NCBI GenBank assembly: GCA_041600575.1
Contig: JBFIJV010000001.1
Location: forward strand, 33-64,032
Length of the DNA: 64,000 bases
Direction: 5' to 3'
From: Gammaproteobacteria bacterium
GTDB taxonomy: Bacteria; Pseudomonadota; Gammaproteobacteria; Eutrophobiales; Eutrophobiaceae
Position numbers and translations under genes: made by a program
Notes under the pieces: generated by a model
Told to the model about the DNA's origin: nothing
The model's database searches: none
Seen by the model: the letters and a program-made list of their open reading frames with translations, nothing else
Shown here: positions 55,406 through 64,000 of the stretch, piece after piece
Numbering within the stretch: the first letter of the stretch is position 1
Layout of the letters: the number at the start of each line of letters is the position of its first letter

Positions 55406-57513
55406 TGTTTGAAATGGATTCTCGTTCATTAAAGGGTTGGGGTAGAGGGGAAAAATTAGACTTCATCCCGTTCCAAGGAGGCTACGACGAAATAACGCCG
55501 CCTTATCAGATGAAGCCGGGTAAGCTGCGTTCTTCTGAGAATTTCGAGGTTGGTATTGCTGGCGGCTATAATAGAGCAGTTGGTTATGAGCGCTTTGATG
55601 GAAGAACAAAGCCGTCAAGTGCAACTTATTCAATTATGAGTATCACTATCAGTGGATCGTTCTCTGCCGGTGATTCAATTACTGGGGCAACAAGCTCTGC
55701 TACAGCCGAAGTTCTTGCTGTTGTAACAACCACAACACCAAATTACTTGGCACTAACAAAAGTAGTTGGCACTTTCGTGGCCGAGAACATACAGGTTAGT
55801 GCAGTTACTCAAGGCGTGATAACTTTAACTCCTTTTTCAAACGCTGCAACAACGCCACTGCTAAACGCAGCGTACAACAATTTGGCAGCAGACGAATATC
55901 GTAGTGACATTGGCGCTGTTACGGGTTCTGGCAATATATTAGGTGTTGTTTACTATAACGACGTGGCTTACGCTTTTCGCAACAACGTTGGCGGTACAGC
56001 GGCAAACCTGTATAAATCTACAACGTCCGGCTGGACGCAAGTTACGCTCGGCGAAGAACTTACATTCACGTCCGGATCAACCGAACCTGATGAGGGCGAC
56101 GCTATTCAGGGTCAAACTTCTAGCGCGACAGCGACTGTCGCAAGAGTTGTGCTCACATCAGGCACGTTCGCTGGTGGCGATGCCGCAGGGAAATTAATTT
56201 TATCAGGTGTATCAGGCACGTTTAACGCTAGCGAGTTGATTGATAACACTACTGACACAGCAACCAACGTTCTAACAACTACAGCGACCAACGCTGCTAT
56301 AACATTAGCGCCGAATGGTCGATATGAATTTGATATTCATAACTTCGGCAGCCAATTAGGCACACGAAGAATCTACGGTTGTGACGGCGTTAATCGTGGT
56401 TTTGAGTTTAATGGAACCGTCTTTGTTCCAATAGATACTGGTATGTCAGTAAGTGTCGTTGGAGACAAACCAAGTCACGTACGCGTACACAAAGGCCATT
56501 TGTTTTTTTCATTTGGCTCGTCAATACAAAATTCAAGCCTTGGCTTTCCTTATCTTTGGTCTGCCGTGTTCGGCGCAAGTGAGATTGGTCTGGGGGATGT
56601 AGTTACCTCTATGATAACCCAGCCGGGTTCAGAGAGTGGTGGCGCATTAACTATAACAACAAGAAACACTTCTTTTGTTTTGTACGGCTCAACCGTATCA
56701 GATTTTAATCTTGTTAAGTACCGCGAAGAAATTGGTGGCGCTGCTTATACCGTTCAGGATATGGGTATGACAGTCATGCTTGACGATAGAGGAGTAACCA
56801 CCCTTGTAGCGGCCCAAGAATTTGGCAACTTCACCGATGCCACAATAACCAGTGATATTAAAAACTTTATAAACAGCAAACGAAATCTTGCTGTTGCCTC
56901 ATGTATCGTCAGAGAGAAAAATCAATATAGATTATTCTTTTCGGATAAAAGCGCCCTATACATTACCTTTGATAATAAGCGAGTCACCGGCATTATGCCT
57001 CAGTCACTTACTCACTCAGTAACATGCTGTTTTAGCACAGAAGACAGCTCTGGCGCTGAAGTAATACTTTTTGGCTCAGGTGATGGTTATGTTTACCAAA
57101 TGGAAAAAGGCACTTCATTTGATGGCGAGAACGTAAACGCCTTTATGGTGTTGCATTATATATTTTCTAAATCTCCTCAAGTCATGAAGAACTATAAGCA
57201 GTGCACACTTGAGGTTGGCGGTAACGGCTACGCTGAGTTTGATTTTGGTTACGAAATAAATTATGGAGTCCTTAATACAGCGCAACCATCAACAACTGAA
57301 AGCAATATTGTTAACTTCGCCGTCACTCGCTGGGATGCTTTCACATGGGACTCTTTTTACTGGGACGGCAAAACGTTATCACCAAACAGGCTGCGAGTTA
57401 AAGGCTCCGGGGAAAACATATCATTAACTATTCGTACAAATAGTGACTCCCATGAATCAATTAAATTCACAGGCGCAGTATTGCGCTATCAACAACGCAG
57501 GATTAAACGCTAA
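55405..57513 (+). CDS. Large tail structural protein (702 aa)
   Basis: ATGA-coupled ORF. Confidence 0.5.
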   Translation: MFEMDSRSLKGWGRGEKLDFIPFQGGYDEITPPYQMKPGKLRSSENFEVGIAGGYNRAVGYERFDGRTKPSSATYSIMSITISGSFSAGDSITGATSSATAEVLAVVTTTTPNYLALTKVVGTFVAENIQVSAVTQGVITLTPFSNAATTPLLNAAYNNLAADEYRSDIGAVTGSGNILGVVYYNDVAYAFRNNVGGTAANLYKSTTSGWTQVTLGEELTFTSGSTEPDEGDAIQGQTSSATATVARVVLTSGTFAGGDAAGKLILSGVSGTFNASELIDNTTDTATNVLTTTATNAAITLAPNGRYEFDIHNFGSQLGTRRIYGCDGVNRGFEFNGTVFVPIDTGMSVSVVGDKPSHVRVHKGHLFFSFGSSIQNSSLGFPYLWSAVFGASEIGLGDVVTSMITQPGSESGGALTITTRNTSFVLYGSTVSDFNLVKYREEIGGAAYTVQDMGMTVMLDDRGVTTLVAAQEFGNFTDATITSDIKNFINSKRNLAVASCIVREKNQYRLFFSDKSALYITFDNKRVTGIMPQSLTHSVTCCFSTEDSSGAEVILFGSGDGYVYQMEKGTSFDGENVNAFMVLHYIFSKSPQVMKNYKQCTLEVGGNGYAEFDFGYEINYGVLNTAQPSTTESNIVNFAVTRWDAFTWDSFYWDGKTLSPNRLRVKGSGENISLTIRTNSDSHESIKFTGAVLRYQQRRIKR

Positions 57514-58313
57514 TGGCTAATGATTTTTTTACTCCATCAGGCTACCCATCAAACAGCGCGTTCGGCACCTCAAGTGATGCGCGGTCTGAGTTCAATTTAA
57601 TCGAGGATGGCTTTGATAAGCTCCCTGCATTAGCAGGCAACAGCAATAAGTTGGTCAGGGTCAATGCAGCGGAGACAGGCCAAACAGTAAGTTTAATAAC
57701 TGATGATGGCGTTAATGTCACGATTAACGGCTCCATTATTTCAACAGGCGGTATAACGCTTGGCACCACATTGGCTATCGCTGATGGTGGTACTGGTGCA
57801 ATAACCGCCCCACTAGCAAGAGTTAGTTTAGGCGTTGATATCGGGGTAGACGTTCAAGCCCATTCAGCCGTTTTAGATGCAACTACCGCATCATTCTTGA
57901 TAGCAGACGAAACAAAACTGGATGGCATCGAAACATTGGCGACAGCAGATCAGACTGGGGCTGAAATTAAAACCCTTTATGAAGCTGAGTCTAATGCTTT
58001 TACTGATGCTCAATTCACTAAGCTGGCCGGTATCGAAACATTGGCGACAGCAGATCAAACGGGCGTTGAGATAAAAGCCGCTTACGAGTTAGAGGCTAAC
58101 GCCTTTACCGACGCACAGTTTACAAAACTTTCTAATATCGAAACGTTAGCTGATGTAACCGACGCAACCAACGTCGCAGCAGCAGGCGCGTTAATGGCAT
58201 CTAACGACCTTTCGGACGTTACGACACCCGCGACAGCATTAAACAACATAGGCGGATCAACCGTCGCAGAAATCAATTCAATCGCACTCAAGAAAGTGCT
58301 GGTATTCGGATAG
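57513..58313 (+). CDS. Tail fibre protein with 35-aa tandem repeats
   Basis: 2.3 copies of 'IETLATADQTG(A/V)EIK..YE.E.NAFTDAQFTKL'. Confidence 0.6.
   Translation: MANDFFTPSGYPSNSAFGTSSDARSEFNLIEDGFDKLPALAGNSNKLVRVNAAETGQTVSLITDDGVNVTINGSIISTGGITLGTTLAIADGGTGAITAPLARVSLGVDIGVDVQAHSAVLDATTASFLIADETKLDGIETLATADQTGAEIKTLYEAESNAFTDAQFTKLAGIETLATADQTGVEIKAAYELEANAFTDAQFTKLSNIETLADVTDATNVAAAGALMASNDLSDVTTPATALNNIGGSTVAEINSIALKKVLVFG
57927..58160 (+). repeat. 105-bp tandem repeat (about 2.3 copies) inside the fibre gene
   Basis: 'atcgaaacattggcgacagcagatca' at 57927 and again at 58032. A degenerate third copy is at 58137. Confidence 0.6.
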
Positions 58314-58322
58314 GGGTAAAAC

Positions 58323-58646
58323 ATGGCGCTAACAGACAACAACGCAAACGGATCATTAACGGGTGGCACTGACACGCTAATAACGGGCAATGCCGCTGGA
58401 ACGTTAATTAAAAAAGGCACGTTACGCATTACAAACAACACGACCAGCACAGTAGGTGACTTGCAATTAATTTTTGATATTGGCGCAACATCGAAAGACT
58501 TATTTAATAGCACGATTAATCCAGGCGCGTCTTGGATTAACGATGGTGACATAATTCTGAAAGATGCTACTGATTCTATTCAGGCAATCGGCACGGTATC
58601 GGTGTTTGATTATACCTGTTCATTCTTTGACGACTTCTTGAGTTAA
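58323..58646 (+). CDS. Tail protein (107 aa)
   Basis: N-terminal 'MALTD' shared with the 60816 gene. Confidence 0.4.
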   Translation: MALTDNNANGSLTGGTDTLITGNAAGTLIKKGTLRITNNTTSTVGDLQLIFDIGATSKDLFNSTINPGASWINDGDIILKDATDSIQAIGTVSVFDYTCSFFDDFLS

Positions 58647-58650
58647 GACT

Positions 58651-58962
58651 ATGGCTATCGTAGACGATTCAGTAGACACCACGGGCGTATTAAAAGCGTC
58701 TCAAGCCGAAGCCGAAGCGGGTGTTATTGATACAAAGTATTTAACGCCGTTAACAGGCAGCCAAGCAATCGCGTCGTTAGCATCAGGCGGAGAAAAAGAT
58801 TCCGGTAATAATGTTATTGGTGTTGCTAACAAGAAAACAACAGCGGGTAACTACACAACAGACGCAACCGAAAACTTAGTTACTGGCGGTGATTTTACAA
58901 TCGCAAGTGGACACACCATTACTGTCACTAGTGGTTCGTCATGGACAATAGTGGGGTCTTAA
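58651..58962 (+). CDS. Short tail fibre-like protein with the conserved N-terminal fibre motif
   Basis: 'ASQAEAEAGVIDTKYLTPLTGSQAI' parallels the 62050 gene N-terminus. Confidence 0.5.
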   Translation: MAIVDDSVDTTGVLKASQAEAEAGVIDTKYLTPLTGSQAIASLASGGEKDSGNNVIGVANKKTTAGNYTTDATENLVTGGDFTIASGHTITVTSGSSWTIVGS

Positions 58963-58963
58963 C

Positions 58964-59473
58964 ATGAGTACGATAAAAGTAGATACGATTCAAGACAGTG
59001 ATGGTCTTTACAATAAGCAGCAAGTTGTTCAGGTTGTTAATGTTACTGATGGTGCGGTTGCTACAGGTACAACAGCAATAGTAAACGATGACACGATAGG
59101 CCAGAACACAGAGGGCGACCAGTACATGTCGCGTGCTATCACTCCTAAGTCAGCAACGAATATTTTAAAGATTGAAGTGGTTATTATTGTGTCTCATTCC
59201 ATCCTAACAGCACGTAATGTAACGTATTTATTTCAAGATTCAACAGCAAACGCATTGGCTTGTGCATATAACCTCACAACGACTGCGACTGTTCCGCAGA
59301 CCACTGCTTTTTCTCATTACATGGTTGCAGGGACAACATCCGCCACGACCTTTAAGGTGAGGGCGGGGTCAAATGTGGGTGGCACGATGACTTTTAATGG
59401 TCAATCAGGCAGTCGAACACAAGGGGGTGTACTCGCATCATCAATTACCATCACGGAGTACCAACCATCATGA
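58964..59473 (+). CDS. Tail fibre/receptor-binding paralogue 1 (169 aa)
   Basis: Conserved N-terminus 'KQQVVQVVNVTDGAVATGTT' and C-terminus '...SSITITEYQPS'. Confidence 0.6.
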   Translation: MSTIKVDTIQDSDGLYNKQQVVQVVNVTDGAVATGTTAIVNDDTIGQNTEGDQYMSRAITPKSATNILKIEVVIIVSHSILTARNVTYLFQDSTANALACAYNLTTTATVPQTTAFSHYMVAGTTSATTFKVRAGSNVGGTMTFNGQSGSRTQGGVLASSITITEYQPS

Positions 59474-59979
59474 GTATCGTAAATGTAGATGACATATATG
59501 ACCGTACTGGCACATATAAAAAACAGCAAGTTGTTCAGGTTGTTAATGTTACTGATGGTGCGGTTGCTACTGGAACTACTGTTGTTGGTGCGTCTGATGC
59601 GATTATGCAGAATACGCAAGGAGATCAATATATGTCTCTGGCTATCACCCCTAAATCAGCAACAAATATATTAAGAATTGAGTCTATTATCCATTGCGCT
59701 CATTCTGTTGCTACTGCTTTTATCCTTGCAGGGATATTCCAAGACAGTATCGCGGATAACCTCGCGGTTGGGTGGGAATACTCTCACGCTGTAAATTATA
59801 ACAAGCAACTCCAAGTTGAGCATTATATGGTGGCAGGAACAACAAGTTCTACTACTTTCAAAATAAGGGTTGGCTCAAATCAAGTTGGAACAACAACCTT
59901 TAATGGTCAGGCATCATCGAGGCGGCAAGGTGGAAAACTGTGTTCCTCAATCACAATCACGGAGTACCAGCCATCATGA
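59470..59979 (+). CDS. Tail fibre/receptor-binding paralogue 2 (169 aa)
   Basis: ATGA overlap. Same conserved termini and a divergent centre. Confidence 0.6.
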   Translation: MSIVNVDDIYDRTGTYKKQQVVQVVNVTDGAVATGTTVVGASDAIMQNTQGDQYMSLAITPKSATNILRIESIIHCAHSVATAFILAGIFQDSIADNLAVGWEYSHAVNYNKQLQVEHYMVAGTTSSTTFKIRVGSNQVGTTTFNGQASSRRQGGKLCSSITITEYQPS

Positions 59980-60479
59980 GTGGATTGAATGTAGGTGACA
60001 TATATGATGTTGGTGGTGTTTATAAAAAGCAACAGGTGGTACAGGTTGTTAATGTTACTGATGGTGCTGTAGCCACTGGCACAACCGTTCTGCCTTATGA
60101 TGATACTGTCCCACAAATTACTGAGGGTGATCAATATATGACAAGGACTATCACGCCCAAGTCAGCAACTAATATATTAAAAATAGAAGTTAATTTATTG
60201 GGTACTCATACGGTCGCGAGTTTTTGGACAACTGCACTCTTTCAAGATTCTACGGCGAGCGCATTAGCTGCAACGGGGTACTATGGGGCTTCCGCAGAAC
60301 TCACGCAATGGGTTATTACGCATTACATGGCGGCGGGCACAACTTCTGAGACAACTTTTCGAGTTCGGGCGGGATGCTCTGCGGCGGGCACATTCACCTT
60401 CAATGGTGATACAGGCGTAAGAAAGTACGGTGGCGTTGCTTCTTCATCAATAACAATCACGGAATATCAACCTTCATAA
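59976..60479 (+). CDS. Tail fibre/receptor-binding paralogue 3 (167 aa)
   Basis: ATGA overlap. Same conserved termini. Confidence 0.6.
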   Translation: MSGLNVGDIYDVGGVYKKQQVVQVVNVTDGAVATGTTVLPYDDTVPQITEGDQYMTRTITPKSATNILKIEVNLLGTHTVASFWTTALFQDSTASALAATGYYGASAELTQWVITHYMAAGTTSETTFRVRAGCSAAGTFTFNGDTGVRKYGGVASSSITITEYQPS

Positions 60480-60494
60480 TCGGAGAATAGAATT

Positions 60495-60812
60495 ATGAGT
60501 ATCACAGTAAACAATCCAGAAGCATTAACTTTCAAACATGAAGGTGTAGGTGGTATCAGTACACGAGGCGGTGTCATTACTGGATGGCCTGACTCTTTGC
60601 CAGCACTGACACAAGAATTGATAGACAGTTACGATGCTGAGTACCAAGCGCATTTAGATGCGACAGCTTACGCTGATAAACGCAAAGCCGAGTACCCAGA
60701 GATAGGCGACCAGTTAGATGCGTTATGGAAAGACCGACAGGGTGATACAGCAGATGCAGATGCAATAGCGGCTGATATTGCTGCGGTTAAAGTTAAATAT
60801 CCGAAGGGGTAA
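60495..60812 (+). CDS. Hypothetical protein (105 aa). Possible fibre assembly or chaperone
   Basis: Acidic small ORF after the fibre genes. Confidence 0.4.
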   Translation: MSITVNNPEALTFKHEGVGGISTRGGVITGWPDSLPALTQELIDSYDAEYQAHLDATAYADKRKAEYPEIGDQLDALWKDRQGDTADADAIAADIAAVKVKYPKG

Positions 60813-60815
60813 ATC

Positions 60816-61760
60816 ATGGCATTAACAGACCAAGGCGACATACTACTACCGTATGGCAGTCCAACGGGCGCGGGACAGATATTAGTCAGTCAAAGCACAA
60901 GCACACATGACTGGGCGAGCAGAGGACTAAGCGGCAGACAGCCTTCGGGTCGATTAACATTAACGTCTGGAACGCCAGTTACAACTGCCGATGTAAGCGC
61001 GGCTGGAACTATTTATTTTACGCCGCATCTTGGCAACACTATTCCGCTTTACACTGGAACAGACTGGGTAATGTATGCGTTCACTGAGTTATCAGTAGCA
61101 GTATCAACCAGTGCAAACAAAGTATTCGATATATTCCTCGATTATAACGCAGGGACACCACAATTAGTTACTACTGATTGGACGAACGACACGACCAGAG
61201 CAACAGCACTTGTTTATCAGGACGGTGTGCTTGTTCAAACAGGCAATACCGATTGGCGATATTTAGGTACTGCACGAACTAAAACAGTAAGCCAAGTTGA
61301 TGATGCAGAAGCATTTAGACATCTGTGGAATTATTACAACCGTGTTGATAAGAATATGCTTGTTGAAGAACCAGCCGATACATGGACGTATACAATAGCA
61401 ACAATAAGACAGGCTAACGGAAACACAGCCAACCAATTAGATTTTGTTATCGGGGTGGCAGAAGATGTGGTTGTTGCTACTGTCAATGCAACTGCAACAA
61501 ATGCGTCGACAAATGTTTCTTATGGTGTTGGGATTGGGCTTGATAGCACGACAACGTTTAGCCAATTACACGCTAGAGTTTCATCTCCCGCTGATGGCTA
61601 TCTGCAATTTGCAGCAAACTATAAAGCACAAGTCGCAGCAGGTCGCCATTACCTGTCTTGGAATGAGTGGGCGCAAGCTGTCGGAACAACAACTTGGGTT
61701 GGTGATAACGGAGCACCACTAACTGTCCAAGCAGGTATTCAAGGGAGTATCAAATGTTAA
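60816..61760 (+). CDS. Tail protein (314 aa)
   Basis: ORF. The N-terminus resembles the 58323 gene. Confidence 0.45.
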   Translation: MALTDQGDILLPYGSPTGAGQILVSQSTSTHDWASRGLSGRQPSGRLTLTSGTPVTTADVSAAGTIYFTPHLGNTIPLYTGTDWVMYAFTELSVAVSTSANKVFDIFLDYNAGTPQLVTTDWTNDTTRATALVYQDGVLVQTGNTDWRYLGTARTKTVSQVDDAEAFRHLWNYYNRVDKNMLVEEPADTWTYTIATIRQANGNTANQLDFVIGVAEDVVVATVNATATNASTNVSYGVGIGLDSTTTFSQLHARVSSPADGYLQFAANYKAQVAAGRHYLSWNEWAQAVGTTTWVGDNGAPLTVQAGIQGSIKC

Positions 61761-62053
61761 TACATTTATTAGACCAAGCAATCAAACAAGCCTGCCCCAT
61801 TGATGGTATTTCTATCGGACGTAAAGATGACAAATCAACATGGCGTATCGACTTCAAATCTAAAGCAACACAAGCCCAAAAAGACGCTGCTCAACTTGTT
61901 GTTGATAACTTTGACATTAACGCGAAAGACCCTATTGAAGAACGCATCAAAGAATACGGCACTCCCTCAGAACAGCTTGAACGCATTATTGAAAATGGAC
62001 TTGACGCTGAACAGACAAGAGTGGCAGAGATAAAAGCGAGGCATCCTAAATGA
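61754..62053 (+). CDS. Hypothetical protein (99 aa)
   Basis: Coupled ORF. Confidence 0.4.
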   Translation: MLIHLLDQAIKQACPIDGISIGRKDDKSTWRIDFKSKATQAQKDAAQLVVDNFDINAKDPIEERIKEYGTPSEQLERIIENGLDAEQTRVAEIKARHPK

Positions 62054-62508
62054 TTAGCAACAACGGCGGTATATCAAGAGCAGCGCAGGCCGATGCAGAG
62101 GCGGGAACATCTGATAGTGCGTGGATGAGTCCTTTAAAAACGAAACAAGCCGTTGAGAATGTAGCGCATGAATACAGCGGCACACAGAACTTCAACGCAA
62201 CGACATTGACAAGCACAACCAACGCAGTCGCATGGGATGCTAGTGCCAATCAGGTTGTTTCACACACTCTAACAGAGAACACAACCTTCTCCGCACCAAC
62301 TAACTTAGTTGACGGGGCTTTCTATTCGTTAGCCATAATACAAGACTCAGGTGCAAGTGGGTACACGGTAGCTTTTAATTCCGTATTCAAATTTATCGGT
62401 GGAACAGCACCGACATGGACAACGACTGCGAGTGCAAGAGACTACATATCTTTCCGCTCTAATGGCACTAACTTGTATGAAGTTGGTCACGCTTTGGACG
62501 TAAGTTAA
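62050..62508 (+). CDS. Tail fibre-like protein with the conserved N-terminal fibre motif (152 aa)
   Basis: 'AAQADAEAGTSDSAWMSPLKTKQAV'. Confidence 0.5.
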   Translation: MISNNGGISRAAQADAEAGTSDSAWMSPLKTKQAVENVAHEYSGTQNFNATTLTSTTNAVAWDASANQVVSHTLTENTTFSAPTNLVDGAFYSLAIIQDSGASGYTVAFNSVFKFIGGTAPTWTTTASARDYISFRSNGTNLYEVGHALDVS

Positions 62509-64000
62509 TGTTAGGAATAGAAGGAAGTACATTTACAGTTGATGGCATCGACAGGGGTACTTACGGTGGAAAATCGTTGGTGCTTGATGGTGGGTACGCA
62601 ACAAGAACACTTAGTGCAGGTGATAGGCAGGAGTGGATTTTCGGCACTAGCATGAAGTGGTCTGCTGATAGTGGTCAACGCTATTTATTGTCAGTTGCAA
62701 ATGGTGGGACAGACACAACGTCCATGTTTATAGGTGATAACTCTGGTGATGGTTCTTTAGCGATACTTGGTCAATCCACAATATTTTTACAGACAAACGC
62801 AAAATACCGCGACCCGAATAAACATATAGATATTATAATATCTTGTTATACGCCTGATGCGACAGCTAACAATAGGTTTAGGCTGTGGGTGGACGGTGAG
62901 GAAGTAACATCCTTTGTCACTCGTAACAACCCGTCTATAAGTGCATCACTTGCTATCAATCAAGCTACTCGACACGCGCTTTTTACAAATGAAAACTCAC
63001 CCGGTGCGTCCTTGGCAAAAGGCTATGCCTCAAAAACATTTTTAATATCAGGCAAGAGTATTCAGCAGGGTGATTACGCGATAACAGACTTTGTTTATCA
63101 GTCAGCCGATACTGGCAAATATGTGCCGAAAGATATTAGTGGTCTAGCAGAGTCAGGAACTAATTCGTTTTATCTGGACTATAATGACGACAGGTCAGGC
63201 ACTCCTGACACGACCACAGTTTTATATGACCAATGGAACAGCAATAACTGGACAGGTAACTCATTAGTAGCGGGGAGTTTTACGTCAGATAGGTCAGTTG
63301 ATAATTATGCGACGTTAAATGCGCTTTCAGGTGGGATTGATGCGTCATTGCTTGGTAACGGTAATTTAACAATTAGCGCACCCGCTAGTGCTTCACGTTG
63401 TTTTGTGGGTAATTCATGGGCTAAAGAAGGCAAACATGTTTTTGAAGGTAAGTTTACAAGTGCGCCTACTGTTAATGGTGGCATTGGTTTATATGATGTT
63501 GATTCAACTTATACAGCAAACAATCTGCCAGATTCAGGAACAGGCGTTGATTACAATCCTGTTACTGGTAGCGTTGATAGAGTTGATAATGGTTCAGCAA
63601 CAAACATAGGCACTTATGCAACTTATGGCAGTGGTGATGTTATCCGCTACGAGTGGGATTGTGATGCGGGAACGGTGGAGATATTTAAAAACAATGTTTC
63701 GATTGTTTCATTTACTCATTCATCATTAGCAGGGGTGAACCTTACATTTTATGGTTACACCTATAATGCTTCAATGGAGTTTATTAATGGTGCAAAAGGA
63801 TTTACACATACACCAACAACAGGGTTCTTGCCTTTATCATCAGCCAATCTCCCAGTACCCGATGCACTCTATCGCAAGCCTCAGAATTTCGCTGACATAC
63901 TCTTATACACAGGTGATGGTGTTGCGATAGGCTCAGGTGGTAATGCGGTTACAGGTGCAGCGTTCACTCCCGACCTTACTTGGATTAAAAATCGTGATGC
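62508..64000 (+). CDS. Large tail fibre/structural protein, N-terminal part. The ORF runs off the window end and continues at 1-979, about 799 aa in total
   Basis: ATG at 62508 right after the stop of the upstream gene. The frame stays open to the window end. The last 72 nt are identical to nt 1-72 and the frame continues without a stop to 979. Thr/Ser/Gly-rich and beta-rich, with repeated 'PDL(T/I)WIKNRD / HQWTD' motifs, in a fibre gene neighbourhood. Confidence 0.6.
   Translation, partial: MLGIEGSTFTVDGIDRGTYGGKSLVLDGGYATRTLSAGDRQEWIFGTSMKWSADSGQRYLLSVANGGTDTTSMFIGDNSGDGSLAILGQSTIFLQTNAKYRDPNKHIDIIISCYTPDATANNRFRLWVDGEEVTSFVTRNNPSISASLAINQATRHALFTNENSPGASLAKGYASKTFLISGKSIQQGDYAITDFVYQSADTGKYVPKDISGLAESGTNSFYLDYNDDRSGTPDTTTVLYDQWNSNNWTGNSLVAGSFTSDRSVDNYATLNALSGGIDASLLGNGNLTISAPASASRCFVGNSWAKEGKHVFEGKFTSAPTVNGGIGLYDVDSTYTANNLPDSGTGVDYNPVTGSVDRVDNGSATNIGTYATYGSGDVIRYEWDCDAGTVEIFKNNVSIVSFTHSSLAGVNLTFYGYTYNASMEFINGAKGFTHTPTTGFLPLSSANLPVPDALYRKPQNFADILLYTGDGVAIGSGGNAVTGAAFTPDLTWIKNRD

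Noticed and set aside
59940-60479. Start of the third fibre paralogue at 59940
   Set aside because: An ATGA overlap at 59976 mirrors the other two paralogues and gives the conserved N-terminus.
1-64000. CRISPR arrays, IS elements and rRNA genes
   Set aside because: No spacer-repeat arrays, transposase genes or rRNA-like segments were seen. The only tRNA-like sequence is the partial attP copy.

Overview
The window holds one complete temperate phage genome of about 63.9 kb. Bases 63929-64000 repeat bases 1-72 exactly, so the sequence is a circular or terminally redundant assembly, and a 799-aa tail-fibre-like gene spans the junction.

The layout is lambdoid. A rightward late operon runs from 44.9 kb across the junction to 23.4 kb. 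It encodes TerS, TerL, a P22-like portal with a C-terminal coiled-coil barrel, scaffold, major capsid protein, an HNH endonuclease and many tail and fibre genes, including three tandem paralogues. It then encodes a lysis cassette (a YkuD-like candidate endolysin, a holin, and overlapping Rz/Rz1 spanins), Gly-rich and large internal virion proteins, and a 1936-aa giant ORF.

A leftward lysogeny and recombination arm occupies 23.8-33.1 kb. It carries a tyrosine integrase next to an attP that holds the 3' half of a tRNA(CAT). It also carries a CI-like S24 repressor, a Sak4-like ATPase, an SSB-like protein, a Cas4-like PD-(D/E)XK nuclease, an SF2 helicase, and a CsrA homologue that the ORF track missed. 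A rightward early arm encodes Cro, a prim-pol/helicase, RuvC and a Q-like zinc-finger protein.

Two things stand out. The first is a 5.8-kb minus-strand accessory block at 38.1-43.9 kb. Every translation start in it is preceded by the same hairpin plus conserved box. It encodes a MoxR-type AAA+ ATPase, an unknown protein, a zincin+vWA protein and a protein with a HUH-like motif. The second is a 1-kb structured non-coding region at 43.9-44.95 kb. It contains a perfect palindrome, a promoter and a terminator in lambda PR'/tR'-style arrangement, an AT-rich 20-bp-stem palindrome, and operator-like dyads.

All calls come from reading the sequence and recognising motifs. I ran no database searches.
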